64,000 bases of DNA from NCBI GenBank assembly GCA_951406725.2, contig OX597823.1, positions 82,832,001 through 82,896,000 of the forward strand, in the 5' to 3' direction. The number at the start of each line of letters is the position of its first letter. Position 1 is the first letter of the stretch. This document shows, piece by piece, positions 1 through 12,483 of this stretch. This DNA comes from Octopus vulgaris. Its lineage: Eukaryota. Under the pieces are notes generated by a model. That model saw only the letters and a program-made list of their open reading frames with translations. It had not been told where the DNA came from and did no database searches. The position numbers were made by a program, and so were the translations under genes.

Positions 1-2
1 CA

Positions 3-76
<74 letters not shown>

Positions 77-232
77 CCTACCTACCTACCTACCTATCTA
101 TTTATATATATATCTGTTTACCTATCTGTTTACCTATCTATTTACCTATATATCTATCAATTTACCTATGTATCTATCTATCCCTCTATTTATGTATGTA
201 TGTATGTATGTATGTATTTATCTATTTATTTA

Positions 233-275
<43 letters not shown>

Positions 276-322
276 ACTTATCTATCTATTTATGTATGTA
301 TTTATCTATCTATCTATCTATC

Positions 323-370
<48 letters not shown>
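1..370. repeat. Compound microsatellite (TATC)n/(TACC)n/(TA)n/(GA)n
   Basis: Directly visible simple repeats. Confidence 0.95.
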
Positions 371-373
<3 letters not shown>

Positions 374-1049
374 GGAGAGATAGATAAACAAACAAGCTAC
401 ATAGAACGAACGATCGATCGACAGAACGATAAATTATAAAAATTGGTATATTGATTCGTTAATTGATTGATTGATATGTAGGTAAGAGCTTCAAAACTCT
501 GTATATCGATCAATTGAACTGAATCAGCAAATCTTTAGAACATGATACTTTTGGAAGGAAATAAAAGTTCTCGATAGCTTCCTCCCGAACTGATTGGGTT
601 GAGTATGGCCTTGACGTTTGATAATAACATCCATGTTAAGCGTACTTTAAAGAGACAGAATAATAATGATTTTCAGTTCTGACTCACCTTATTATTAGTT
701 GGTGATTTATGTCAAATACAAATTTTCATCTACTGACACTTATTTTGCAGTAGAAATACCAAATTGCACTTCAGAAACACACACACCTTCACATACGTGC
801 AAACGCACTCACACGTGCACATACATTACACATACTGTCATAAGCGCACAGCTATGTACACAGACATATAAATACATACACATTTATACATATATATTTA
901 CATATATACACGCATATACATACATATATACGTATATATATATATATATATATAAACGTATATATATACATATATATATATATACATATATACATATATA
1001 TATATACACATATATACATATATATATATACATATATACATATATATAT

Positions 1050-1084
<35 letters not shown>

Positions 1085-1162
1085 CATGTATACACATACA
1101 TACATATATATAAATATATGCACACGCACACACGTACACACACACACACACACACATATATA

Positions 1163-1500
1163 TTCTTTTATTTGTTTCAGTCATTTGACTGTGGCCATGC
1201 TGGAGCACCGCGTTTAGTCGAGCAAATCGACCCCAGGACTTATTATTTGTAAGCTTACTTATTCTATCGGTTTCTCTTGTCGAACCGCTAAGAGGCGTGG
1301 ACGTAAATACACCAACATCGGTTGTCAAGCGATGGTGTGGGGGGGGACAAACACAGACACACAAACATATACATATATATATATATATATATATATGACA
1401 AGCTATAATAGGAGACACTTGCCAAGGTGCCACGCAGTGTGACTGAACCCAGAACCATGTGGTTGGTAAGCAAGCTACTTAGCACACAGCCACTCCTGAG
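1163..1500 (-). mobile_element. SINE-A (tRNA head + CORE-like segment, internal (TA)/(CA) tract), internally deleted copy
   Basis: Reverse strand reads ggagtggctgtgtg..aagtagcttgcttaccaaccacatggttctgggttcagtc..gcaccttggcaagtgtct; 3' module gctccagcatggccacagtcaaatgactgaaacaa is shared with more than 15 copies in the window. Confidence 0.85.
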
Positions 1501-1974
1501 ACTATATATATATATATATAATCCTGATTATTTTCCGTTTGTTATTTACTTAGCCCGTTTGTAACGCTTTCACTTGATAAGTTGAAGGGAAAGGCAAAGA
1601 GCGAGAGAAAAAGGAGAGAGTAAAGAGAGTAAAGTGAAGAGTGAGAGAGAAGGGGGGGGGAGAAAAAGAGAGGGAAGCGTCCATGACGTGAGGTAGTGAC
1701 AACGTAAACATTGAAGGTAGTGATACAGAGAAGGAGAGTTAGAAATACAATTTCTGCAAAGGGGTGATGTTCTGATGGTGAGGTTAAAGAAAGGCAGGGA
1801 GGGGAGTGAAGAGAACGAGATAGAGAGAGAAAGATCATGGTGTTTGTGGTAGTGGTGGAAGGAGTGGGTGGATTTGGTATGGACTGGTCAAGTGGGGTGA
1901 AGGCGGTGGTGGGGTGGTGTTGTGTAGGTGGCGGTGGTGAATAGATAGGGAAAACTGTAACTGTTGTTTTCAAT

Positions 1975-2184
1975 TCAGACGTCCGAATTAAGGAGCATCT
2001 CACCTCCAACGCGTACTCCTTCTGCGAGCACTTGACCAGATGGAGAAACACCAAGGAGATCGACGCCTCCATACATGCCTCGGAGAAGAACATCGGCAAT
2101 TTAGTTATAAAAGAGGCTATGCTGAGTCACCGCCTCAACCCGAAAATTAATAGTCGATTGGTGTTGAGTCAGTGGCTCCTATGA
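1975..2184 (+). pseudogene. Penelope-like element GIY-YIG endonuclease C-terminal remnant
   Basis: Manual translation SDVRIKEHLTSNAYSFCEHLTRWRNTKEIDASIHASEKNIGNLVIKEAMLSHRLNPKINSRLVLSQWLL* fits the PLE pattern RxxEH...H...L.IKEA..I....P.IN. Absent from the ORF track because it has no start codon. Confidence 0.7.
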
Positions 2185-2514
2185 CTGCATCCAACAGATG
2201 GGGAAAGGCCTACAACAATAGCTGAGATTTGTTTGCACCAACATTCGGGCAGCCGGAAGCACTTAAAGGGTGACTTCCACTACTACTCCCAGTACTACTC
2301 CTACTACTAATATAATGCCGTCACAGCACACATGGTGAAAAGCTTATAGCAATAGTTGGGTGTTTTACTCCAACGCGTGGTACGTCGATTACACCTATGT
2401 TAGGATAGTGACTGCTGGTGTAACATAAACGCCAGGGAATTTAAATGGGTTAACGGAACCTATATTAACTGGAATGTTCTCAGACTGTACTTTTGTTCTG
2501 AAGATGGGTCTTTC

Positions 2515-2634
2515 AACCAGAAAAATGTTCACTTGAAGAGAATAACAAGCTACATAATGCAAAATTTTTACTTTTCAAAAATTCCAATTCCAGCGGGTCG
2601 AAACAAACCCGAGCAACGCCGGGCGATACTGCCA

Positions 2635-2636
<2 letters not shown>
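2515..2636 (+). mobile_element. Helitron-like 3' terminus
   Basis: Subterminal hairpin CCCG-agcaacgc-CGGG (2608-2623) followed about 9 nt later by CCAGT (CTAG variant), then (TA)n. Confidence 0.6.
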
Positions 2637-2673
<37 letters not shown>

Positions 2674-2789
2674 TATATGAAACAATTTTATACATATTAT
2701 CATTTTAAAAAAATACTTTCCATCATCTCCTAAATCTTTTTTCAGTATACATACTGGCCAGCGCGCACACAGACACTCAGACAAACATA

Positions 2790-3040
2790 CACAAATACAC
2801 AAAAAAAAGAAACATCACAAAAATGCACACACACACACAAACACACACACACACTCACACACGTACAAAAGAAAACATCACAAACGCACACACACATACA
2901 CAAAAAAGAAAGTATCACAAAAACATACATACAAACACACACACATACAAAAGAAAACATCGCAAAAACAACACACACGCACACACAAACACATACCATA
3001 CACAAGAAGGAAAATATCACAAAAACACACATACACACAG
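2790..3040. repeat. CA-rich minisatellite, about 40-nt unit (cacacatacacaaaagaaaacatcacaaaa) x about 6
   Basis: Recurrent aagaaa(a)catcacaaaa spaced by CA tracts. Confidence 0.8.
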
Positions 3041-3822
3041 GTGGAGACACTCTAAAGAATACATCTAACCCAAAGAAAAATCCTAATTCTTTTTGCAACA
3101 AGAGAAATTCTTCACAACATACACACCCATACGATCGTAAGGCAAATACCCTAACCAGTAAGCCACGCATCTTCGTCTGCTCTTGCGCCCGCGCGTGCCC
3201 GTATGTGTACCACTAACTTTTACTTCTCTTTCGCTTTTAGAGTGAATTTCAATAAATTTATTGCTTATTTCATGGAGTTTATCATAATATCACATTCGGA
3301 GATATCAGTTCTTGAATTTATGATCCGAATTCCTACCGTTACTTATCATGAGATATTTCCGTTAGCTCTATTCTCATTATTAGTTAAGCATATCATATGT
3401 AGCCAAACATATATAAACAATGATTCTATATGTAAATATATACCCAATGATTTGCAGAATTGAATGAATACTATTCTGCTGAGGTGAACCAATAGAATAA
3501 CATATTTATCCGTAGTGGTTCCTTACCTACTTATCAAGGTCACAGTACCCTTTTCTCAAACATGTAAATTCACTTCGAAAATAAATTATTAATTCTGTAA
3601 AATTAATCTCCCCTCTCTCTTAAAACTCGCTTAACATTTGCAACAGTTTATTACTGTCTTTGCCCATCATTTGGAGAGGAATAAATTTTATTAAGCTATT
3701 ACATACGGCTTTCATTATAGCGTCTTGAAATTTTATGCCTATGTGTATATATGTGTGTGTGTGTGTATGTGCGTTTGTGTCTGTGTGTGTTTGTGTTTGT
3801 GTGCGTCTGCGTATATTTATAA

Positions 3823-3874
<52 letters not shown>

Positions 3875-4477
3875 ATGTATATATATGTATATAAATATAT
3901 GTGTGCGTGTATGTATATATATACATGTATATATGTAGGTATATATATATGTATATATATATGTGTGTGTGTATATAACCCACACATATATTTATATACA
4001 TATATGAATATATACCTACATATATATATATATCCATTATATATGTATATGTATTATGTACACATACACGCGCGCACACAAGCACACATACTCACACACA
4101 CACACACGCACACATACACACACTTATGCACACACACACATATGTATATATTCATATATAGGATGTATCTTTAGTCGATTCATAGCTATTGAATGTTGAG
4201 TATTACCTCAAGGGTTATTGAAATTTCAGCATTCACGTTACGGAACGTGTTCCAAAAGAATTTGCGATTATTGAAATCCGTGTAAATGTTATCTTTTATA
4301 ACTCTAAAGAATAAAGAAAAATAGTTTTAATATGCTCGATAAATCCTGGTCATGTGTGAGTACGTTCTGTTAATCCAAAAGGCCAAGCTCATTATTTATT
4401 TACAGTAAATATATTAAGATGAGTTCTATCTCTTGAAGTGACTAAATAGAAACGGAATATTGGTTTTATATTTTGAT

Positions 4478-4622
4478 ACAAGGCCAGCGATTTCGAGGGA
4501 GAAGTGTAAGACGATGACATCAACCCCATTGCTCAATTGGCACTTATTTAATCGAGCTCAAAAGGCAAAGTCTACCTCGGCGGAATTTGAACTCAAAACG
4601 TAAAGTCGGACGAAATACCGCC
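4478..4622 (-). mobile_element. SINE-B diverged copy
   Basis: aaaggcaaagtctacctcggcggaatttgaactca is the reverse complement of the SINE-B core tgagttcaaattccgccgaggtcgactttgcctttc. Confidence 0.8.
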
Positions 4623-4891
4623 AGTATAATTATTCTTCTATTTAACTAAAATAGAAATGAAATATGTATAAGAAAATATGAAATTTTAAGATACCACGCT
4701 TAGAAAATGCACGGCAATTATATTTGATATCATATATTGTAATACTTGTTAATACGTGTTAGCTGCTACAGGTTATAATATTTCCTCCAAATACATTATA
4801 TATATGAACAATTTCAGCGTAGAAGTTGTTTGTAAGCCATTCAAGAATACAAAATCCGTTAGTTTTACTTCGACATTTAAAAATTCATTCG

Positions 4892-4938
4892 TGTCAAAAG
4901 ATTTTCTTCGCTTTGAAACCGCAACCTGTTCACTGACA
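4892..4938 (-). ncRNA. Hammerhead-shaped motif with non-canonical core
   Basis: Reverse: TGTCA-GTGAACA-g-GTTGC..GCGAA-GAAA-ATCTT-TTGACA. Stem I (tgtca/tgaca) and GAAA are present, but the first core box is altered. Confidence 0.3.
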
Positions 4939-5304
4939 AAACTTCGTGTTGCATCTCATATTTAATGTTGTATGTTTACTTAGATTATGTGTTATACAAC
5001 TATTTTATAGACTTGTAGCGATATGACTAACCTCAATTATGCGTAAAAACCGTAAAATTTAGCGAGTCAGACTTGCTATGAAATCAGTTGTCAGGCAGAC
5101 AGTTAGACGTGGAATGAAACGAAAGGTGGATTGTGAAGTTTTTAATAATATATTATCTGTGAAGTCAGAAATAAAGTGTCGTATATATTTACAAATAATT
5201 TATTTCTATATGACTGGTTCATAGTTAAAAACGCCTTTATTCGCTTAGTACTTCTATAAGTCAGGAACAGAGATTCCACGCTGTCGCTGAGCTGCTAAAT
5301 ATTG

Positions 5305-5575
5305 GTTACAAATTTTGGCCCATGGTCAATAATTTTGGAGGAAGAGGGGCTAAGACGATTACATCAATCTCAGTACTAAAGTGGTACTTATTTAATCGAC
5401 CCCTAAAGGATGACGTACAAGGTCGATCACGATGCAGTTTGAACTCCGAACGTAAAAGATGAATGCTGCTAAGCACTGTGTCCGACGTTCAAACGTTCCT
5501 GTCAGATAGCAGGTTTAAAGCTGCTTAATATTTTGGCACAAGGGCAGTTATTTCGGGAGAGGGGCTTAGTCTACC
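5305..5575 (-). mobile_element. SINE-B diverged copy plus tail fragment
   Basis: ggtacttatttaatcgacccctaaaggatga...tttgaactccgaacgtaaa. Confidence 0.7.
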
Positions 5576-5750
5576 AGTGTCCGAAGTTTCAAAGTGTTTA
5601 AAGAAAATTAATTAATCGACCTGCCCATGAAAAGGAAAAGATCCTTTAACCCATTCCATCGGTCTGTTTTGCTGAAATGCTACGTTACGGGGACGTAAAC
5701 ACACTAATACCGCTTGCCAAGTGGTAGTGGGTACAAACAATGCCCCCCTC

Positions 5751-5800
<50 letters not shown>

Positions 5801-5928
5801 TAATATAGGATGAAGTTTTTTTTACAGAAAAAATTCCATCAAAAAGTGTGGTAGCATATTAAAATACCTTTACGGTTAAAATTATAAACAAATTACATAC
5901 AAGGGCTAAAGAATATTATTTCAATGCC

Positions 5929-6040
5929 AATATGCTGATAACAGACTATTAAATCGTCAATTTCCACATATTATTTACTCGCTACAGGAAAGAAAAACAA
6001 AGTGGAAATTGATGATTTAATAGTCTGTTATCAGCATATT
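5929..6040. repeat. 39-bp inverted repeat (1 mismatch), 34-nt spacer
   Basis: aatatgctgataacagactattaaatcgtcaatttccac (5929-5967) vs gtggaaattgatgatttaatagtctgttatcagcatatt (6002-6040). Confidence 0.95.
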
Positions 6041-6043
6041 CAT

Positions 6044-6064
6044 TATATATATATATATATATTG

Positions 6065-6106
<42 letters not shown>

Positions 6107-6109
6107 ATT

Positions 6110-6152
<43 letters not shown>

Positions 6153-6154
6153 TA

Positions 6155-6196
<42 letters not shown>

Positions 6197-6198
6197 TA

Positions 6199-6286
<88 letters not shown>

Positions 6287-6330
6287 GAAATAATTTATAT
6301 ATATATATATATATATATATTGAAATAATT

Positions 6331-6401
<71 letters not shown>

Positions 6402-6406
6402 AAATA

Positions 6407-6442
<36 letters not shown>

Positions 6443-6447
6443 AAATA

Positions 6448-6481
<34 letters not shown>

Positions 6482-6611
6482 AAATAATTTATATATATAT
6501 ATATATATATATATTGAAATAATTTATATATATATATATATATATTGAAATAATTTATATATATATATATATATATATTATTAAATAATTTATATATATA
6601 TTGAAGTAATT

Positions 6612-6642
<31 letters not shown>

Positions 6643-6696
6643 ATTTATATATATATATATATTGAAATAATTTATATATATATATATATTGAAATA

Positions 6697-6732
<36 letters not shown>

Positions 6733-6764
6733 AAATAATTTATATATATATATATATTGAAATA

Positions 6765-6795
<31 letters not shown>

Positions 6796-6832
6796 AGTAA
6801 TTTATATATATATATATATATATATTGAAATA

Positions 6833-6872
<40 letters not shown>

Positions 6873-6912
6873 AAATAATTTATATATATATATATATATA
6901 TATATTGAAATA

Positions 6913-6948
<36 letters not shown>

Positions 6949-6984
6949 AAATAATTTATATATATATATATATATATTGAAATA

Positions 6985-7054
<70 letters not shown>

Positions 7055-7059
7055 AAATA

Positions 7060-7090
<31 letters not shown>
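6044..7090. repeat. Compound minisatellite [TGAAATAATT(TA)n] x about 27
   Basis: A constant 10-nt motif separated by variable-length TA runs. Confidence 0.95.
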
Positions 7091-7504
7091 CGGCAGGCGT
7101 CTTTCAGCTTCCGTTTACTAATAAAAATCCACTTACAAGGTTTTGGTCGGCATAAGACTATTGTAGAAGATATTTGGCCAAGGTAGTTTGCCGTAAGACT
7201 AAACCCGTAACCATGTGGCTGGGAAGCAAACTTCTCAGTACAATACCACGCCTATTGTATTTTTTAAAAAAATTGAAAAATATATTCGGTGATTTGGACT
7301 TAGGTAAACTATAATTGAAAAAATAAGTCAATCCTTTTCACTTACCAACGAAAACGCTACACCAGGAATTGCCAGATCTGCAGTGATCGCTAGGGTTGAT
7401 AAAGCCGGAGCTTTACATGGATTCTATGTCATATAATGGATATATTAGACGATTTCAATATTTCCCTGCGAACGAGACTCTGAATTGTTCAGAGTTATCT
7501 TCCC

Positions 7505-7640
7505 TGGTTTGAGTGGAACTAGTTTTACAGTTGAAACTGGAATAACGAGAAATGAAGGGTTTTCCTCAAAAACGCAATATACCCTTCTGTCCATAAATTG
7601 ATGTCATGATCATATCATCGTGAGAGTCGCACCCTAATGC
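7505..7640 (-). mobile_element. SINE-C diverged head/CORE fragment
   Basis: actggaataacgagaaatgaagggttttcctcaaaacgcaa resembles 10140-10190. Confidence 0.55.
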
Positions 7641-7659
7641 GCACCGTGAAATGCGTATC

Positions 7660-8025
7660 TGTCTCAAATAGTTACTTAATCTCCCTCAAATCACGCTGTA
7701 ATTTAAAAAAAAAAAACAGAAAAGTATGTTGGATTATTTACGCAGTGGCGAATGACGGCTGAAAACTCTATCACCTAAACGTACTTGCAAACAAAGAAAC
7801 CCTTGTGTTCTTTGTCTTCATGCCTGAAATATTTACCTAATCTCCCTCAAATCATGATTTATTTAAAAGAACTGCAAAGTAGATTGGATAATTTTGTTAA
7901 AGATAAATTATGGCTGAAAACTATGTCAGGAATATGAACTTGTCAACATAAGCTCAACACTGGTTCGTCTAGCTGCCTGAAATAGCTATTTAATCTCCCT
8001 AAATCACATTCTACTGTCTCTAAAT
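7660..8025. repeat. Diverged tandem repeat, about 155-bp unit x about 2.3, of a dispersed family
   Basis: Anchor aaata..ta..taatctccct(c)aaatca at about 7666, 7827 and 7980; related motifs at about 50115, 51915 and 57150. Confidence 0.65.
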
Positions 8026-8624
8026 GATCGATTCCTCTTTTTATTCTATGAAAGTCTATTTAAAAGAAATATCCCCACTGAACACTTATTCTTCATTTCT
8101 TGTATTCTCATCATTTATTCTCTATTTTTAATTAATTTTTTGTTCTTATCTATGTTTTACATGGGTAATTTTTTAAGCATCTGTTCCTTGTTGGTTATTT
8201 TTACGGCATTGCTCATCAATTTCTCATACATCATCATTGTCTCTCCATAAGTGAGACGCAATGTGTCTGTCAACAGCAAGACACTTTAAATAATCAGTAA
8301 AAAAATAAGTGCCAAAGAATAATGAAAAGATATATTTTTCTTTCTCAAAAAAATGCTATTTCTAAATTTTCTGTATTATATAGATCTCGGACAAATATAG
8401 GAACAACGATGATGATGTTTCATCAAGTCTACGATAACATTTTGGCTTTAGCTGAGTCAGTTCATTTCCTACACTCCTTAGGTGTTTAACTCCTGACCGA
8501 AATTCATTTCTTGCATCAAGACGTTTCTTTACAACTCAACTCGATCTACTAAAACAGGGTTTTAGAATGCATTCTAACGACTCGCAAAGTGTTACATGAT
8601 ATTTCCGTCTAATTTTATGAGATA

Positions 8625-9000
8625 GTGTTGTGTGGTTCAGATGACACTTGCTTTTCAATCCTGTAGTTTCGATTTCGGATTCGCATCGCGTCACATTGTG
8701 TAAGTATCTTTTATTGTAATACCGTTCCGACCAATGCTTTGTGAGAGATAGGTGGAAACTGTGCAGAATATTGTTGTGTATATATATTTATGGGTATGTG
8801 TGTGTGTGTGTGAGTGTGTTTGTACTCCCTAAGCCTTGATAACCGTGGTTTCATTGTTTACGGTTATCCTAGCTAAGCGGTTCAGCCAAAGAGACCAATT
8901 GAATAAGTTCGAGACTTAAAAATTCGTTCGTCTAAAACTTTTCAAGGCAGTGCTCCAGTATGGTCGCACTCTCGTGAGTGGAACAAGTTGATAAAAGATA
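8625..9000 (+). mobile_element. SINE-A old full-length-like copy
   Basis: Head, (TG)n and tail taagcggttcagccaaagagacc..aggcagtgctccagtatggtcgca. Confidence 0.7.
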
Positions 9001-9237
9001 ATCTTCGTAGAGGAGTAGAGGCAGCAGAGGGAAGAGAGGGGGGACAGTAAGGAAGGAAGCATAATAGCAACTTTATTGTTTCTAGTCCAGAGTTCAAGTT
9101 GCGTTTTCAAAGGTGTATATGTTAATTGAGTTACATCCCTTGAATTAATAATATTGATTCTCCTCAGTTAATCCAATTAAAAATAAGCTGACCCAGATTA
9201 GTTTGGGATCTAAAGTGTGGTACAACAAAACAGTTCT

Positions 9238-9607
9238 TTTCTACTCTAGGCACAAGGCCCGAAATTTGCGGGGAGGGAAGGCCAGTCGATTAGCTCGACC
9301 CCAATACGCAACTGAATTGAATTCAGAACGTAAAGACAGACGAAATACCGCTAAGCATTTCGGCCGGTGTGCTAACGCTTCTTATTTCTTTACTGCCCAC
9401 AAGGGGCTACGCACAGAGTTGACAAACAAGGACAGACCCCGAAAGGATGAAAGGTAAAGTCGACCTCTGCGGAATTTGAACTCAGAACGTAGCTGTAGGC
9501 GAAATACCGCTAACGTTTCTGCTAGCTCGCCGTATTTCGTAAAGACGTACGTAATGCCGCTAAACATTTTGCCCGGTTTGCTAACGATTCTGCCAGCTCA
9601 CCGCTTT
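9238..9607 (-). mobile_element. SINE-B compound/rearranged copy
   Basis: Both tail types and repeated gaaataccgctaagcatttcg modules. Confidence 0.85.
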
Positions 9608-9889
9608 GCGCAACAAAACAGTTGTTGCAAGGTATTTAGTCTGAACATTTGTAGATTGAAATATACTGTACTGTTGTCTGTTATGTAGGTTAGTAATATA
9701 GTAATAAGTAGTCTGTTTGCATTATCAAAAACGGAATTGTTTAAATTCAACTGATATTTTAAACTAAACGTTTGTTCTTTTATGAGTAATCAAAAAAAAA
9801 GAAGAAAAAGTACTGTAGTACTATGTTCGTTGCCTTCTCTTTTAGTGTGCTTCCTGCTTTTGGCAGAGTTGAGTATCTGTCATAGATGC

Positions 9890-10870
9890 TGTTCTAGCTT
9901 TCGTTCTTCATTTTGTGAAAGAGTTTGATGCCTTTGCCCTCATATACGCTTTTGAATCAGATACAGATTGATCTAGGAGATTATGCATTACAATGTTCAA
10001 ATAAATAATAAATAAATGCGCCCTTTTAAAGCCTAGCCAGGCTCATGACCCCGGTTTCCTGGTTTCAGTGGTGTATGTGTTCCTCAGCTGGACGGGACGC
10101 CAGTCCATCGCAGCGTTACTCATTTTTGCCAGCTGAGTGGACTGGAGCAATGTGAAATGAAGTGATTTGCTCAAGAACACAACGTGTTGCCCGGTCCAGG
10201 AATCGAAACCACAATCTTACGATCATGATACTGACATCCTAACCACTAAGCCACGCGCCTCCACACAATGTTCAAAAATTCTTTGAATTTGTTGATATAT
10301 AATCCCTGAAAATCTATTACCGTTCTGATATGATATTAAAGAATTGTAATCCTAATTCAATGCAGAAATTTTTGAACTATCAGCACTGTTTAGAGAGACG
10401 ATTGGTATAGATTTAAATGCCAACATTTATTATCATCTTATCCTTCTATAGTAGTAGGATGACATTTGGATTGCTTTCCGTTACGATGACCTTATTAGGC
10501 AACCATAGCACAAAGTAATATTCCAGACGCTGGAAAAATTTCTCTTTTACCGAATAAAAAAAGATTTCTTATGCTTTCAGAATCTATGCATCCTTCCACC
10601 TGACTCTAAGCTATTGCCACCTTTCGTATGCTATGCATGAAATAATGCATCTTTATTCATAATATTTCCCAGTATAGATACCGATCTTATACTCTGGAAT
10701 TGCAATCTCTTCTAGTAATGTGTAGCCAACTTGTAATACGCTACAAATATGATCGCCGGACGCTTTAAGCTATAATTGAATTTTGTATGATTCATGAGTA
10801 AGTTAGGATAAGGGACGTAGTAGCTATGACAATTTTACTCGTTCTACTGATGGAACAAATGGAATCGACG
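9890..10870 (-). pseudogene. CR1/L2-like LINE 3' ORF2 remnant (interrupted by SINE-C)
   Basis: Reverse strand gives fragments GLQFFNII..INKFKEFL..NLLDQS..MRAKASNSF, resembling the G..LFN.LP..FK..LD..PD.P..RAA.SNSL C-terminus of CR1/L2-group RTs. Many frameshifts. Confidence 0.5.
10002..10264 (-). mobile_element. SINE-C full-length copy with 12-bp TSD
   Basis: TSD acaatgttcaaa at 9990-10001 and 10265-10276. Reverse strand has A box tggcttagtgg, B box gtttcgattcc, CORE-like tgtgttcttgagcaaatcactt, gatggactggcgtcccgtccag and a (TTTA)n tail. Confidence 0.9.
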
Positions 10871-10999
10871 CAATGTCTAATATATTCTCTTATTCTTTTA
10901 CTTGTTAAAGCCATTTTGACTGCGGCCATGCTGGGGAAATATGTATATGTATTTCCAGATGTATGAATAATCTTAAGATATGGCTTGGACTTCTTCAAA

Positions 11000-11270
11000 T
11001 ATCTCGCAAAAACTGGAAACGTTACCTAGATAACTGCCAAACCCTGTGGGCGCATACATTTGAACAACGTATAGTTTTTAAAAACCTAATCAACAGCATA
11101 GACAATATCAACTTCACCATGGAATACAGTAAAACTCAACTACCATACTTGGGCATACTAATCATCAAAAGAGATAAAAACATTGAAGCAGAATTCATTT
11201 CAAACAGATTATAAACGATACCTACTGTTCTCCTCATGTCATCCCAAACACACAAAAAATGATATTCTAT
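11000..11270 (+). pseudogene. Penelope-like element reverse transcriptase remnant (palm/thumb)
   Basis: NWKRYLDN (YxDD motif decayed)...INFTMEYSKTQLPYLGILIIK, then after a frameshift QTDYKRYLLFSSCHPKHTKNDI. This is the PLE RT signature (FTME, LPFLD, YL.F.S.HP.H.K). Confidence 0.85.
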
Positions 11271-12483
11271 TTATTTACATGGCAGATATATTCAATTTGA
11301 CTAAAGATTGTATCATATGTACGGGAAGTAAAAATAAGACTGAATATTTATTTTAAGAGTGCTTTGTATTAAGTCTATAAAATTGTGCATAATATATAAA
11401 ATGTATATATAATGTAAACTAAGTAATCATCGTATTCCAATTTCTTACACTTTTCAGTGAGTAGCGGATAAGCAACTATCTTTCCATTCAGACACAACAC
11501 ATGCTACACTTTCAGGTTTTTTGGATAAAGTTTTCAGATATAATCCGATAGGTTCACCATTAATTCTGTGAAATATTCAGGGGTCCCGCTATTAATTAAA
11601 TTATTCTACGAGAATATATAAATAATATTTTACTACTGTCTGCTCCAGTTATAAACCAAACGATGAATTAAATCTTCCAACCATTAACAAAAACCCACCC
11701 AAAGAAGGGCTTCTGGCCATTTTGTGTCTGCCTAATTTCATTCAAAATCTTGCGGTTGATCCCAGGCTAAAATTTAATAAGTAACACTCAGGGAGATTGA
11801 AACAGGAACCATGTAGTTGCGAAGACTAATTAATACATACATTGCATGTTAGTACCAAAAAATATGCAAGTAATGTAATGCGCATAATTAACTTTACGAT
11901 GCGCAAAACGAGGGGAAATATTATTTTTTTTTGCAATAGCACTTCTAAAACATAAATAATAGGATACACATCAGCTAAAATAATACTGCATGACTAAATA
12001 AGTTCTTTTTAATGTTTTAATCATTAAATATACTTGAGCCTACAGAATTGTTTGATTACCAAGCGCATAGCTTATCAAATGAATTATTTTGTCAATATTC
12101 GTCTACTTGACGCTAACAATTGTACTATGTAGCACACTCAGCGATTCTTTTGCTAAAAATTTTCAAAAGAATAACTGCACTGTTTCAGTTATTAACAACA
12201 CTTGTATTTCTGAATCAATAATATGGTTTTTAACCACTAATTTTGCCTATCATTATACTTAAGTGCAGTAACTGTTAGAATATTTCTTGAAAGATGTATA
12301 ACTTATATTGTGGCTTCGGTTTTCTCGCTTATTAATTGTGAATCAAGAACCTAGCTTTGATTCTAGAGAAAGTGACAGTCAGTATACAACCGTCTGTTCA
12401 ACTTAAAATGAAAATCTACGTATTAAATGTTAAAAATATAACGCTTTTGACTAGCACATACACATGCGCACATGTATTTTATC

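Larger units (their letters stand above)
5657..7253 (-). mobile_element. SINE-A split by nested insertions in its (TA)n tract
   Basis: Tail module at 5657-5745 (gttacggggacgtaaacacac) and head module at 7090-7253 (ccatgtggctgggaagcaaacttc) are in the same orientation. Confidence 0.75.

Noticed and set aside
1542-2099. 185-aa minus-strand ORF
   Set aside because: Low-complexity pyrimidine-rich strand; the meaningful reading is the plus-strand GIY-YIG fragment.
6044-7090. CRISPR-like regularly interspaced repeat
   Set aside because: The repeat is only 10 nt, the spacers are pure TA runs, there are no cas genes, and the context is eukaryotic.
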